64,000 nt of DNA, taken from Eledone cirrhosa. Its lineage: Eukaryota. The position numbers were made by a program, and so were the translations under genes. Below are positions 37,071 to 50,432 of this stretch, in pieces; within the stretch, counting starts at the first letter, position 1; each line of letters begins with the position of its first letter. A model generated the notes under the pieces. It saw only the letters and a program-made list of their open reading frames with translations. It made no database searches and was not told the DNA's origin. Location: NCBI GenBank assembly GCA_964016885.1, contig OZ024746.1, positions 25,544,001 through 25,608,000 of the forward strand, given 5' to 3'.

Positions 37071-38235
37071 GCCTAAAAATATTAGAAAGAAAGACCATTT
37101 ATTGTAACGTGTAATTCAGTGTATGTGTCTTTTCTTATATTTCAACAATTTTGGGGGAGGGAAATCGATTAAATCGACCCCAGTGTGTTACCGGTACTAT
37201 ATTTTATCGACCCTGTAAGGATGAAAGACAAAGCTAACCTCGGTGGGATTTGAACTCAAGATGTAAAGGGCCGTAACTATACGCAGCAGAGCATGTTGCC
37301 CGACGTTCTACAGATACTGCCAACCCATCGCTCTTCAATATATATACAAACTATAATGAATATAATTTATATATAACACAATTTATATAATGAATATGAT
37401 TTACAAAAGAAACAAATCAATAGAAATTAATCAACGAAAAAGAAAAGGAAAACACGGAAGAAGACATATACACTCAATTACACCCTAAAACATTTTGAGG
37501 CAAGCAAAGACACCCACGGCTGATAGCAAGCCCAAAACACTAGTATAGCGACATACCATCATCAGCATCACTTGCTATTTCAGAAAGGACGGGTGATAGC
37601 GTGGCTGAGACACTAGAATAGCCTAGCACCCTCATGATATGCATCAACTAATATTTTAGAAAGGATGGGTGATAATGAGGCCAAGACACTGGAATAGCAA
37701 AGCACCTTCACCAGGTGTACCAGCTGATACCTCAGTAAGTCCAACCACCTACAATGACAAAAACATGGTTGTCAGTGGATCAGCTCCCTCGAACGTCTCC
37801 ATTGCCACGAGTTTTGGACACAGTCTCACGTGGACCTCAATTATACATTTTCTCTTCCTAATAGCGTCATATTAAAATTGTGATATGAATACATTTTTAA
37901 AACGAACAAGAATATCGAGACACTCTTTCGTTTTAAGTCTCTTTTAAGTATCAAAGAAATTTGACAATCTCTAGCAATTGGCGTATATGATTCAGCAATG
38001 AGAAATATTTCCTTTTCTTTTACTAATAAATCATTTACAAATACAGATTAATCAGGCACCGTTCATTTTTATTATATACAGCGATTAACGGGGATTGTCG
38101 AATTTCTGTTATACTTATAATGAAAGAAAGCCAAAATCAGTGGTGATTTAAATAGAGGACTTGAATTACTCCAAAGGATTTTAGTTTCATTCCCAATAAG
38201 GTGAAAACACGTGTTTAACATAATATATAACTCAC

Positions 38236-38287
38236 CAACTTCAGTGAATTTATAGTAAACATCATCCAGGACTGCTTCGATTGGCAT
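38236..38287 (-). CDS. ADAT3: ADAT3 coding exon 1
   Basis: caaaATG start with an in-frame TGA 5 codons upstream; MPIEAVLDDVYYKFTEV; GTGAGT donor; total CDS 972 nt. Confidence 0.8.
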
Positions 38288-38389
38288 TTTGAATTTATTT
38301 CATTGATTTTGTGTGTTTTTATACAATTATTTCAATGATGAGGTGATTGTTTTTAGTATTTTAAAGACACTCATGGTCAATATTTACAG

Positions 38390-39200
38390 TTGTGAAAACA
38401 ACGGCCTGGTGCAACCGTTTTGTATACAAACGTTTAGAGTAACCTCCCTTACACTTTAACTCTCTAGGTTTATTATTTTTACCTTGACACTCCGCTTTGA
38501 ACGACCTCTTCAGAGACGGCCAGTTTCCATTCACAACTGGAACCTACCGGCCTAGCCTCGGACTCAGAGAGGGTAACCCTCTTCCCGTTCGAGAGAGGTA
38601 AATCTCTAATATGGGGTGTCACGTTCTCTAAACTTATCGTTTCGACCAGAAAACCGGGCTCCGCCACCCGTAATCCGAAGGAGAAGATAGCCAAAATACC
38701 GGGACTTGACTGACTGCTTCCTTTTCGTGTCGGTCGCTGTCGAGACCTCGTGGGTCCTTGGTCCCTGAATTGCCGTTTTCTTCCCTTAAATCGGGAGGAG
38801 TGCATCCCGCCTGAGGAAGAAGCCCCGTGAGGTTGAGTGGCTGATGCAGCGAAACAATAATTAAAGTTACTGTTCGTGTTTTGATGCTACCTACATTAAA
38901 CATAGTCTTTCTAAAATCTGCATGGAGGGTTTGATTACCTGGAAAGAGAAACTAAGAACACCCCAATGGTAGATGGAGAGACCAGATCAGAAGTGGGAGC
39001 TGGGCCGCTGACAATGAAGTTCTTGTCATAGTTAGCAGCTCGCCTTACCGAGGTCTCAGGTGAAACCTAAGAGGGTACTTGGGTTGTTTCAGTGCCTTAG
39101 CCTTGCCATCACCCCCGGTAATGCTACGAACGTGTTGGCTTACCTAAAAAACTTCCGATTACCCTTGTGGGGTGTGATCGAATGACGCACTTAGTGTTGA
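38390..39200 (+). ncRNA. GC-rich multi-domain structured RNA element, family unassigned
   Basis: Continuous nested helices, e.g. 38485-38493/38613-38621 and 39156-39162/39174-39180, with G-U pairs on the + strand. Confidence 0.55.
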
Positions 39201-39554
39201 ATTGATGGGTTTTGGGTTTTTGTTCACGTTGATTATGTTTTTGTGTATTATATTTATAAGGTTCCTAGCAGCAATTAATTCATTATAAGTATGTACTCCT
39301 ATTTAATCTTACATATTTGTTATGTGATAATAAAAATTAGTTTACTTTTGTAAAAGGAGGAAATATATTTCTGATGTTTCGTACTATGCTCTGAGCGGAA
39401 ATAACGATTAAAAGAGAAATACATTAAGTATTAAGGGGAAATAGTTTTACAGGTTGAGGAGAGAACGATATAAATAACCATTGATTGATATTGTTCTGAT
39501 TCTGTTGACAAAAGCGAGAGATAACTCCAGGCATATTTCGATCTCATGACTACC

Positions 39555-39737
39555 GTACCGGTAGTATCGGTAGAAGGTTGGACGCCATGCTTTGCATCAT
39601 AGAGTTACGCTCCTTTATGATCTGAGTTCAAATCCCGCCGAGGTTAACTTTGCCTTTCATCCTTATGGGGTCGATAAAATAAAGTACCAGTAATGCACTG
39701 GTTAATTGCTGGCCTTGTGCCAAAAGTAGAAAATTAT
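39555..39737 (+). mobile_element. tRNA-derived SINE in the rare opposite orientation
   Basis: GAGTTCAAATCCCGCCGAGGTTAACTTTGCCTTTCATCC..AAAGTACCAGT. Confidence 0.85.
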
Positions 39738-42378
39738 TTGGTCATTCACTCTCCACTATTTTCAACAAGTATGGTAAAGTATATTTTTTATCAAGTCATT
39801 GTTGTTGATCAAATAACAGGTGAATTCATCGTCGAAAGCAACTAAGTCCACCCCATTTAGTATTTATATAAACAACAAATATCCTAGCTATACATTCTGA
39901 ATTATATTAAATTACCAATTGAGTCATATAACAAAGTACGAGAGCTGAACAATAGCTGTTTTCCTTTTTACAAGGAGGCACTTCTATTGTATTTCTACAC
40001 TCCTTAGTAGATATTTTTTTGTTTCATTTTATGTACGCCACTCCTTACTTTAAAGTTCCTAGTCGTTAAGTAAATTGTTTAGTAAGCAAACCCCCTCACT
40101 TAACAACCAGTTTATGTTCAACAGATATGGTCTTAAAGTGAATTGGTCAGTAAACAAATTTCTCATTTAACGACTAGGTTCTGTTTCACTGACTTGGCCA
40201 TAAAATATCCTTAGATACTGTTTTAATGGCACTCAACAGGTGATAAAGATTCCATGACAGAATGATATGTTACCAAGTGTTACTTTTATATTAAATCAAT
40301 TTAAATAAAGATATTTGTAAAGATCTAATGAAAACACTATTTTAGTAACTGTAAATTTGTTTTATTTTGCCAAACACAAACATAAAAAAAGTATTTGCTG
40401 CATAAAGATAAAAGATATGTAACAAAAAATGACATAAAAGAAATTAAAAAGTACCTAACATAAATATGTTTGCACTAGAGATTTACAGTCTTGTGAGCAG
40501 CTGTTAAACGAGAAGTGGGTGTAATTATTTCTGTTTTAGCCAAAGAAGGAAGAGCAGTGTCCATTAACTATTTTCTTGTCAGGGAAACTGATGGGAGGAA
40601 GGTGTCCTTAAGCCAGAGATCTAGCCTGAATGTTGGAAACAGAGTGGGCACTGATAAAAATATCCAAGGGCTAGGTAATAGATTAAATTTATCACTCAAT
40701 CCATCAGACTTTGTCACATGACAATACCGCCTCTTTTATCTTTGCTTTACAGTGGTTAGCAGGTATTCATAGTTGCCCACGTTACTTGATTGCCATGTGA
40801 ATGCTTTCTTTATGTGTTTTGTGTAGGTGATGCCCATGATTCTTCTGTAGCATCTCATTTCGAATATCAGTATTTTCCTCTGTAATTCTGCTGTCAACAT
40901 CCGTGTCTCACAGGCATATAAAAAGATGGAGACTGCTAGAGGACAATATAATATACCAAAAGGCTAAAATCTTTCCTTTCATTGAGAAATTTCAAACATT
41001 AAGCCAACAACACAGTTTACAAATTAGTACAGACATACAACAAGCATTTTAGGGCTATTTCCTTTCCTAAATCAGAGCTTAGCAATGTGAGCCTCATCAT
41101 GGGTTGAGGCAATGTTTTATGAGTGGTTGCTCTTTTAGTTGCCTCATAAAACGCACATGGATAGGGTAAAATTATTATAAGAAATTATTTAATTATCCAT
41201 AAACACATTAGAAACTACACTAATTGTTTTATTGGTTTCAGTCATTTTTTTATTTTTTTTTTACTAGGTTTCAGTCATTTATTTTTGATATGCAGGGATA
41301 CTGCATTGAAGGGAGTCAATCATATCAACCCCAGTACTTATTTTTTCTCAAGTCAGGTATTATTTTTATCTGTCTTTTTGTTGAATCACTAAGTTAGGAA
41401 ACAACAAACAGTAAATGGAAACAGGCAAACACATATATGCGTCATCATTTAATGTCCATTTTCCACACTAGCATGGGTTGTCCTGATGTGAGACAAGTCA
41501 GATCAGATGACCATGTCTTGCTCCTACAGAGCTGTTTCTGGCTTGGTTTCTACACCTGGATGTCCTTCCTAATACCAACTACATTTATGTGAACTGGGTG
41601 CTTTTTATTGTGGCACCAAAACAACCAATAATGGGATTCTACAGATTTTCTGGCTACTAAATTTCACTCACAATTTATAATAGCAGACACCAAAGTTATA
41701 GAAGATACTTGACCAAGGTGCTATGCAGTGGTACTGAACCTAAAACCACATAGTTGCCAAATGAACTTCTTAACCACACAGCCATTGTCTGCACGTATAT
41801 GAAGCAGAATCAGCCATTGGATGCTAAAACCCTGGTTTGAACCAGGGATCTTCACTTTGGATTTTTTGTCTTTATAAAATAAACTTCTCACATTAGAACA
41901 ATAAGAATATATAATTTGTGTTGGACCTGTGTTGGTTCTGATGTGTGACCCAGTTCTTCAATCAACGGCGCGGCTTGCTTATTAAATTAATGTCCGTGTG
42001 GCAAAGCATTCCACAGACACATGCACTCTTAACATAGTTCCCAGGGAGATTCAGCATGACAGTGTATGTTACAAGACTGGCCTTTTGAATTACAAGTACA
42101 ACTCATTTTTGGCAGCTGAATGGACTGAAGCAACATGAAATAAAGTGTCTTGCTCAAGGTTGCAATGTGCTACTCGGAATTGAACTTATGACTCCACGAT
42201 CATGAGTCCAAATCCCTAACAACTAAACCAGGCACCATCATATTTAATTTATTCCATTAATCAAACTAACCAGAAAACAACAGTTAAATTATAAAACATT
42301 TCTAACTTTATTGCATTAAAATGAGTTGGTTCTTCACTTCTGTTAGACAACACTAATATATATAAATATGTATGTATA

Positions 42379-42737
42379 TACAACGTGGACCTTAAGTCAC
42401 ACACCAAAGCATTAAATGTCTTGACATATTAACTGTATTAACAAAGAACTGAATTATCACTTACATTTAATTTAATTACAATCGTCTTTTTGTGTTGTAG
42501 ATTTATTATGCTTTCAACAATTGACGAACGAGTTGAACTTGTGTTGTTGTGATGGTGTTACGAATCGATCCATTGCTGAGAAGTACAATGGCGAGCATTT
42601 ATAAACAATAATACTTTTGTTATTTTAATAATACTTTTGTTATTTTAATATAATTTTTGTTATTAATGTAATACAATGTACATGTATACTAAATTGTTTT
42701 TTAATGCTTTGGTGCATGACTTACAGCCCATCCTGTA
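42379..42737. mobile_element. Tc1/mariner-like MITE
   Basis: Imperfect TIRs TAAGTCACACACCAAAGCATTAAA / TTTAATGCTTTGGTGCATGACTTA; TA flanks. Confidence 0.6.
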
Positions 42738-43699
42738 TATAGGCAGTAGCACTAAGATAGTGTTGTGCATATACAATGTTTATATACACCCCTATTATAT
42801 ATATATATGCTGTATTAGTCAGGTCATCTCATTTGTATGAACGATTCAAATTTCCCAAAGCAAATGTTCTAAGGAGAACTACAGGATGACAGACAAAATG
42901 AATCTAAACAAAGCTTAGATAAAATGACTGCTTAAAATTCTGTCTAAGAAAATCCCAGTTTCTTCTCTGGAGGATTGGGATTGTCTTGCAGTGGATAGGG
43001 GAAGTTTTTTTGGTGGGAGGAGGGCACAGCTATAGAAAGATAGGTGTAGTTGGAGAGAGAAAGAGCATAGCTATGGGAGGATAGGGGAAGAGAGAGAGTT
43101 AGAGCATAGATATAGGAACTCGAGTAAAATGACTGCTTAAAATCTTGCCTAAGAAAGTTCCAGGCCCCTCTCTGGATAATTGGAAATGTTTAACAAGGGA
43201 TAGGTGAAATTGGAGGGACAGAAAGAGAAAGAACATAGATGTAGGACATCAGAGATTTTAAAAGAAATTCTGCTTGATATGCTGCATACAGGCACTCTGT
43301 TCGAAAAGGAGAGCAAGCTGTTCCACCTAGTGCCACTATTCAATATACGTGTCATATGGGTGGATAAGTTTGTCTCTTATTAGATGTTCTCAAGAGCCAC
43401 ATGTATAAACATGCAGGAATATTTTTTTTAAAACCTGACATTGTTCTGGTAAATGAAACTAACTAGCATTGCCTCATTTGTAACAAAGAATAACACCTAC
43501 TTTGGGTTTAGGAATTGTAGAGAGAAGTGGCACTTATGAGAGGGTGATTGCATTCGAAATTGGGAGGACAGATATGAGTGTGTATGTATGTACATTTGTA
43601 TGTGCATGTGTGTGTGTATCATCATCATCGTTTAACGTCCATTTTCCCATGTTAGCATATATAATAATTGGAACATTTGTATGCAATTTATAGTAATAA

Positions 43700-43945
43700 G
43701 ACCATTTGTATATAGTTAACAATAATTAGACCACTGTTTATATATAGTTAATAATAATTAGACCACTGTTTATATATAGTTAATAATAATTAGACCACTG
43801 TTTATATATAGTTAATAATAATTAGACCACTGTTTATATATAGTTAATAATAATTAGACCATCATTTGTATAGTTAATAATAGTTAGACCACCATTTGTA
43901 TAGTTAATAATAGTTAGATGACCCATTAGTATATAGTTTATAATA
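43700..43945. repeat. About 30-bp tandem minisatellite
   Basis: TATATAGTTAATAATAATTAGACCACTGTT units. Confidence 0.9.
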
Positions 43946-45405
43946 GAAACACTTGAACTTGTATACAGTTAAAGTTCTATGTATTTACAGATGTCAAAGA
44001 CATATTTACATAACAACATCCTGAATTCATTTCCAGCAATGAGCCATTCATCTTAACCCTTTTCATACCAAATTACCTGAATCCAGCTTTAAACTACTGT
44101 TTAGTGAAGGGATGAAAGGCAGTAGTCATGACTCTTTTCAGAATCTTGTATACTTGTGGGAGGGAGAAAGGAAGATGTTCTCAATCTGGAGAACTGGCTC
44201 AAAATGTGTGCAATAGAATGGATTCTGCTAAAGGCACCTAAGGGCCAGCAATGGTGTTATCCTTCTGTGACTGTATTTCTAATGAAATATATTCTATTTC
44301 AATCAAATAATGAAAAGAATTTTGAGAGATTTACTAAAATTATTAATTATTTCATTATTAAGCAAGTAACCTAACATATATTTCTTCTATAAAATTGTAT
44401 TGGAAGAGTTATTTAAAGAGGAACTGTTTAAAATGTGTGGTTTTGTTTCATAGAACCAGAGCTGGTTTTGGCCAGGTAGCTATGAAAGGGGTTAAATCTA
44501 CTACACAAGTCAGCAACTGTGGGATTTTAACTCAGAACACATAGTGGGAAACAGAAAACAAAAACATAAGAGTCAAATTTAAATCCACTAAGAACTGTTT
44601 GTGTAAATGTCACTGTCCATCTGTATCTACCTGACAACTGTCTATAAATGTCACTCTATCCATCAACATCTACCTGTCAATTGTCTGTAAATGTCACTCT
44701 ATCCATCAGTATCTACCTGTCAACTGTCTGTAAATGTTATCTAATTGAGATAATGAAATAATCAACAATTAAAACAAAAAAATAAAATTAAAATAAAAAA
44801 CAGACAAAAAACATAAAAAAAAACTAAAAGTCTTAATATGGATATTCCATTGAGTATCATACAGTTCAACAATACTAAATTATATATCATTATGGTGAGT
44901 TCTCCGTTAGTTTCGATACTGAGCATTCAGTCGTTTGATCAACTGGGTGCCAGCTCATGAATTTGTGTGTACAAGGTTGAATATTCCACAGACAAATATG
45001 TTTGGCATTTTATTTATTGATCACAGAAGACTATATATCTAATTTGATTATACAAATTTATATAAAACTGTGATCCTTTAAAGTTCAGTAATGCATCTCT
45101 GAGGTTTGTACCCTATGTGGTTGCCTAGTTGACCTTAATGGTAGCGCCAGTCATGGGGATGAGGCAGAGAGAGAGTAGGAATGAACTAAGAAAGTACTTA
45201 ACAAAAACGGCAACAAATAAATTTGCAATATTCATATTTTGACATCTCAATTAAAAAAACATGAATTAACCAAAAACTGATTTTATACTTCTGAAATGTG
45301 TTAATTAAAATACCAAAAAGGTTTGTTTTCTGGAATAAGTCAACAATTTATCCAAAAGATCTGTTCATTATCTTATATTTGGGCAATTTTTGATTGGTAT
45401 ATTTT

Positions 45406-45572
45406 CTATTTTCGCAAGATTCTTCGTAACTGTTTGTCTTGATATTGAAGTAGATCATCAACGTCTTCAACTTTGGTGTTAATGCGATCCAACTGAAGGT
45501 TTTGTTCTTCAATTTCATTTCCTAGCTCTGATGCCAAACCCTTTAGTCGAGACAGACCAGTGGACATCAAAT
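45406..45572 (-). CDS. SNAP29: SNAP29 coding exon 3 (Qc SNARE motif)
   Basis: LMSTGLSRLKGLASELGNEIEEQNLQLDRI..RRILRK*. Confidence 0.92.
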
Positions 45573-46223
45573 CTGAAATTAAAGATATTAACAAATTAAA
45601 CAACAGTGTTACAGTGGTAAGAAATAATACATACAATATAATATTATAATAGTTACATATACAATACAGTAGATATATACAACACATATACAATATATGA
45701 TGCACATGGATGATGATTGCTGGGTGAAGAAATGCCATGAAATCCCAGTGGATGGAAGCTGCAATAGAGGTAGACCAAGGAAGACCTGGGCAGAGGTTGT
45801 GAGAGCTGAACACAATATGCTGAGACTCACAGAGATGATGGAGAAACATGACAAGTGGAGAGATGCAATACTGAAAAGTACCTGTCCAACCCATGCAAGT
45901 GTGGAAAAACAGAGATAAAAACGATGATGATGACATACATAGACTATATATACAGTACATATAGAGTACATATAAGCAGAGTATATATATAGAGAGAGAA
46001 TAAACAACAAACGACAAATAGTAAACACCAGTAAACAGTACACAACAATAAGTAAACAATGACAACTGAACAGTAAATGACAAACAGTAAAGTAAACAGC
46101 AACAAACGGTAAACACGAAGAAATGGTAAACAACAAGAAACAGTAAACAACAAGAAACGGTAAACAACAACAAATGGTAAACAACACAAACAGTAAACAA
46201 TATACAGTACAGAATATAACTAC

Positions 46224-46629
46224 CTAAGTTGTCATTCATCTTCACTTCATATTCACTATTGGTTATATGGCGTGATTGATCCGATATTTGGACCTCAGGC
46301 ATCCGACTCCCAGCCAAAAACTTCCTATCTAAATCAACAGGAGGATCATCATACATATTATGTAGTTCTTGTTTATGTTGAGTCCGTCCTCCAATTGGTG
46401 CTGGGTGCTTCTCTGCATTGCTAACTGTTTCTTTCAGCTGACTGTTACGTAAAGGTGATGAGTCTGTTTCACTAGTTCCTTTGTCTGAGCCACGACTCCA
46501 CCAGTTTTTGAAGCCACCAAACACACTTTTGATATTATTTATATGTTTCTGTGATGATGTTAAGGTTACAGACATTCCTTCTGTCTTCCTCTCTATATTG
46601 TCCAGTTGTTCACCTTGATGAAGTAATTC
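46224..46629 (-). CDS. SNAP29: SNAP29 coding exon 2
   Basis: ELLHQGEQLDNIE..SQKHINNIKSVFGGFKNWW; 406 nt, phase 0 to 1. Confidence 0.92.
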
Positions 46630-47021
46630 CTGAATAAAAACAATAAATATTCACTTGTTAATCATATTAAATTAATAGATTTTGTTAATTACAACTTTAA
46701 AAGGAGTTGTGGGAGATATGTTAACCCTTTTGTCACCATATTTCTAATGATTTGGGGGATTTAATAATACAACTTTCTCATTATTAAGTTGATGTTTGGA
46801 GCATAACAAAGGTTCTTAAATAAAATTATGATGGAAGGTTTTTAGATAAAATAAACAGATTTGTATCATAAAACCAAGAGCAGTTTCAGGTGATTTGGTA
46901 TGAAAAGGTTTGTAGACAGTGGGAAGTTGGGGTGTGAAGAGAATGTAAGATCTGTAGGTTGGTGGTGAAAGAAGACCACATTTCAGTGGATTGAGAGTTC
47001 AGTACTCTCATCCCTCTAGAC

Positions 47022-47427
47022 CAGTGGTTCCTGATTGTTACGCACAGTGCATTTTTGAAAAAGTAAAAATATGCTAGCGAACTTCATCTGGTAAATAAGC
47101 AAGACCTAGACTTTTTATAATGGAATATAGATTCTTATGAAATTTAAAACACAATTTAATAACATATCTAACATAATTAGCCAAAATAAACTAAACACAT
47201 AAACCAACTCTCATTAACAGAGTTGACAGATTGTTATTTTTATTTTTTGGCAAATCTTGTTACTAAACTTTGTGCGCCACATTGATAGTCAAATACAAAC
47301 TTTCATACAAATTTCAGTTTGTATTTTCCACATCTGAAACTTAATCAGTCCTTTGCAGCACATCTAGTTACATTTCATGGCACACTGATGCACCATGGTG
47401 CAATGGTGCATGGTTTGGGAACCACTG
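47022..47427. mobile_element. hAT-type MITE
   Basis: CAGTGGTTCC/GGAACCACTG TIRs with 8-bp TSD CTCTAGAC. Confidence 0.85.
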
Positions 47428-47439
47428 CTCTAGACTGGC

Positions 47440-48120
47440 TCATATAAAGCAATTAAGCTATTGGAACAAGGAATAAATGTATTCAAAAGTGTTAGAGAAG
47501 AGGATAAGGAAAAAGTGAAGATTAATGAAATGCAGTTAGGATTTATACTGGGGGAAAATGTTTATTGTAGAGGTAGTTACAAGAGAAGTCTAGAGACAAG
47601 AGGACAACTTTGTTTTTGAGGTTTGTTGATCTAAAGAAGGCTTTCAATAGGGCTCCATGTGAAGTAGTGATATGGGCATTGGAAGAGGTAGGAGTGGAGG
47701 AATGATTAGAGAAGTGACAGCAATGTATGAGAAAGAGCTACAAGATTAAGGATGAATGACAAGAACAGTGACAAGTTTGAAAGTTGGAGTGCATCAAGGA
47801 TCAGTATTAAGCCCACTACTATTTGTAATTGTGAAGAAGGTATTGGTAGAAAGTGTAAAGGAGGGCTTACAATGGGATGTTTCTACATGTAGAGGATTTG
47901 GTGTTAGAAGCAGAGAATATGGATGGAATGAGGGAAAAGATGAATAGGTTGAAGAAATGCAAGGAGGCAAAAAGTGTGAAGGTAATGGCAAGTGGCATAG
48001 CATGTGGTGAAGTGGGAAGAACAGGAAGGTGTATGCTACATGAGTGAGAAGTGCCATTATTTATGGGAAAAGGCATGGGGGTGAACATGGAGCAACAGAG
48101 AAGTCTGGAAAGAATGCAAA
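47440..48120 (+). mobile_element. Old degenerate RTE RT fragment
   Basis: FVDLKKAFNR and GVHQGSVLSPLLF remnants. Confidence 0.7.
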
Positions 48121-49500
48121 TGTGAATGGTCCAGTGGATGAGTGAAATAGCCAAGCACCAGCTTTTTCTTTTTTTCCTCATTCTATTGTGTTATGTAATG
48201 AATTGTAATAAAAGATATTTCCCATCCCATAATTCCATAACTTATATGAAGGTCACAGCTTATGATATTCAAATAATTTTGAAAATCATCAAAACTTTTC
48301 AGGGATTTGGTAATATTGGTAATAAACTTTCTTATTATTAAGTTAGTATTTGAAACACAACTTGAAAGTTTTTACATAAAATTCTGATGGCAGGTTTTTA
48401 GATTAATATAAACATTTAAAAATAATAAGCTTTGGATCAGAAAACCCGGTGGCAATTTGGTACCAAAAGGGTTAAGACAAGAAAATAAATTTAATTGACC
48501 TCTAGCTCTAACACTAAATCTAATGAATGGGTTAATAGTAGACATCTGCTGTAAATAATTGTTTCTACTTTTGGCACAAGGCCAGCAATTACCCAGTACA
48601 TTACTGGTACTTTATTTTATCGACCCCGTAAGGATGAAAGGCAAAGTTAACCTCGGCGGGATTTGAACTCAGACCGTAAAGGGACGTAACTATCCTGGAA
48701 AGCATGGTGTCCGACCCTCTACCGATACTGCCATAATGACATGTTAATATTACTGACCTCTGCTGGCATATGAACAATAGCCTTGACCCCTGTCCTAGGA
48801 GAGATCACACAAAAGTTTAAACCAAATTAATTGGAAAATTAACCTTATTGAATATAGTTTAAAATATATTATCTCTCCTCTCTCTCACTAGAGAGAGGGA
48901 TAGAGAGAGAGAATCATCCTGACACTTTGTTTGCCATTCCAATCACCAAAAATAGGGACACTTTTTGGTGTAATGTAGGAATTTTTTAATGTTCTTCATT
49001 TTTGTGATGGAAGGGCATAATTATAGGGAGATTTGACTGTTATTTTAGCATATCATATGACCTTTCGTGAGCTAAAATAATGGTTTATGATTTAGACACA
49101 GAACCAACAATTTTTGAGGAAGGAGAAAACCAGTTAAATTGACCTAGTACTTAATTATTTTGTCCCAGGAAGGACAAAGGGCGAAGTTGACTCTGGAAGG
49201 ATTTGAACTAAGTAAAAAAAAAAAAACTGGAAAATAATCCTTTCTAACATTAGCACAACATATGCATACACACACAAACGCTTACATTTTAATGTAACTA
49301 AAAATAACATGTTTGAACTAGGCGATCTTTCGATAGTGGTAGACGTAATAGAAACAATGAAATCGATAGTGTGTGTGTGTATCAGGTCGCTTTCGAGCGC
49401 TACTGGTAATTTCTGGACACCCTGCTGGATGAAAAGTATATATATTTTACTAATATATATATTAATATATAATATATTTATATATACATACATATATATT

Positions 49501-49802
49501 TATAGGGTTCTTCGATTTGCAATGAACATTTATGTAACAAATCAACACTATTTGGATTAAATGGAATTCGCGTCAACAGTTCGAACTAAAAGTAATTCAT
49601 ATCAACAGTTAGTGTATATATGTGAATTTCGCAATTCAACACTTACCACAGTGTATAAAAAGCTAAAACAACTAAATGAAACATTTAGTTATGTTTTAGT
49701 CTGAACTGCTGACGCAAATTCCGTTTAATCCAAATAGTGTTTTTTTTTTTTTTACCCCACCCACTTTACATAAATGTATATTGCAAATCTAAGAACCCTA
49801 TA
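49501..49802. mobile_element. MITE with long (about 95 bp) TIRs
   Basis: TATAGGGTTCTT..CACTATTTGGATTAAA / TTTAATCCAAATAGTG..AAGAACCCTATA. Confidence 0.8.
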
Positions 49803-50432
49803 AATATATATGCATATATAAACATATACGTATGTATGCACACAGACACATATATATATATAAATGAGAGGTCTAGAGATTGTTTTAGCAAGAAGCTAAC
49901 GGCATTCTACATAAGCAAGTATGTATAAATGTATACATACGAATGTATATGTGTGTGTGTGTAAATGAATCAGTGAATCGAACCGATAATTAAAAAAATA
50001 TTGCACAAAATCTTTTGTCAATAATACACTACGGAACTATATGATAGTTAATGGATTAACATATACCATAATACAATGTTATGTCACATAAGAAAGGACT
50101 AAAAGAGTAAATCTGGAAAACACGAAAAGAACTGCTTTTTATATCATACAAAGCTGTTCATGTTAGTGTTTATATTTTTTCTAGAAATCTTCCGTCATAA
50201 TTTTATGTAAGAACCTTTGTTAAGCTGTTTCAAACACCAGTTTAATAATGAGAAAGTTAGTTATATTAATAAATCCCTTCAATTTTTTGATAATTTTGAA
50301 AATTATTAAAAGACAAAACACACAGACGGAAATAGTTAACGGATCAAAATATATTCTAACACCACGTTAAGTTATACAGGAAAGGATTGAAATAATAAAC
50401 GAGAAAACTGTAAAATAGTTAATTTTATTCAC

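Noticed and set aside
38574-38580. TAACCCT as a telomerase RNA template
   Set aside because: Only 7 nt, buried in a hairpin; no clear pseudoknot or terminal H/ACA arrangement
38646-38664. CCAGAAAACCGGGCTCCGC resembling RNase P RNA CR-II/P12 start
   Set aside because: CR-I (GGAANNUCNG) and CR-V needed for P4 were not found
38809-38834. Minus-strand AACCTCACGGGGCTTCTTCCTCAGGC resembling RNase MRP RNA CR-V
   Set aside because: No upstream GAAAGUCCCC CR-I partner, and wobble pairs indicate the + strand is the folded one
38801-38890. Hammerhead ribozyme (CTGAGGA..GAAAC..GTT)
   Set aside because: The pairs closing stems I and II would be C-C and A-C, and a stronger competing hairpin covers the core
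38479-38903. 108-aa and 89-aa minus-strand ORFs as extra ADAT3 exons
   Set aside because: No ADAT3 similarity; in-frame stop just upstream of the ATG at 38287; long ORFs are expected in GC-rich DNA
21265-39026. Shared 12-mer TGAAGTTCTTGT in two hairpin loops (21265-21276, 39015-39026)
   Set aside because: 12-mer coincidences are expected many times in 64 kb; not evidence on its own
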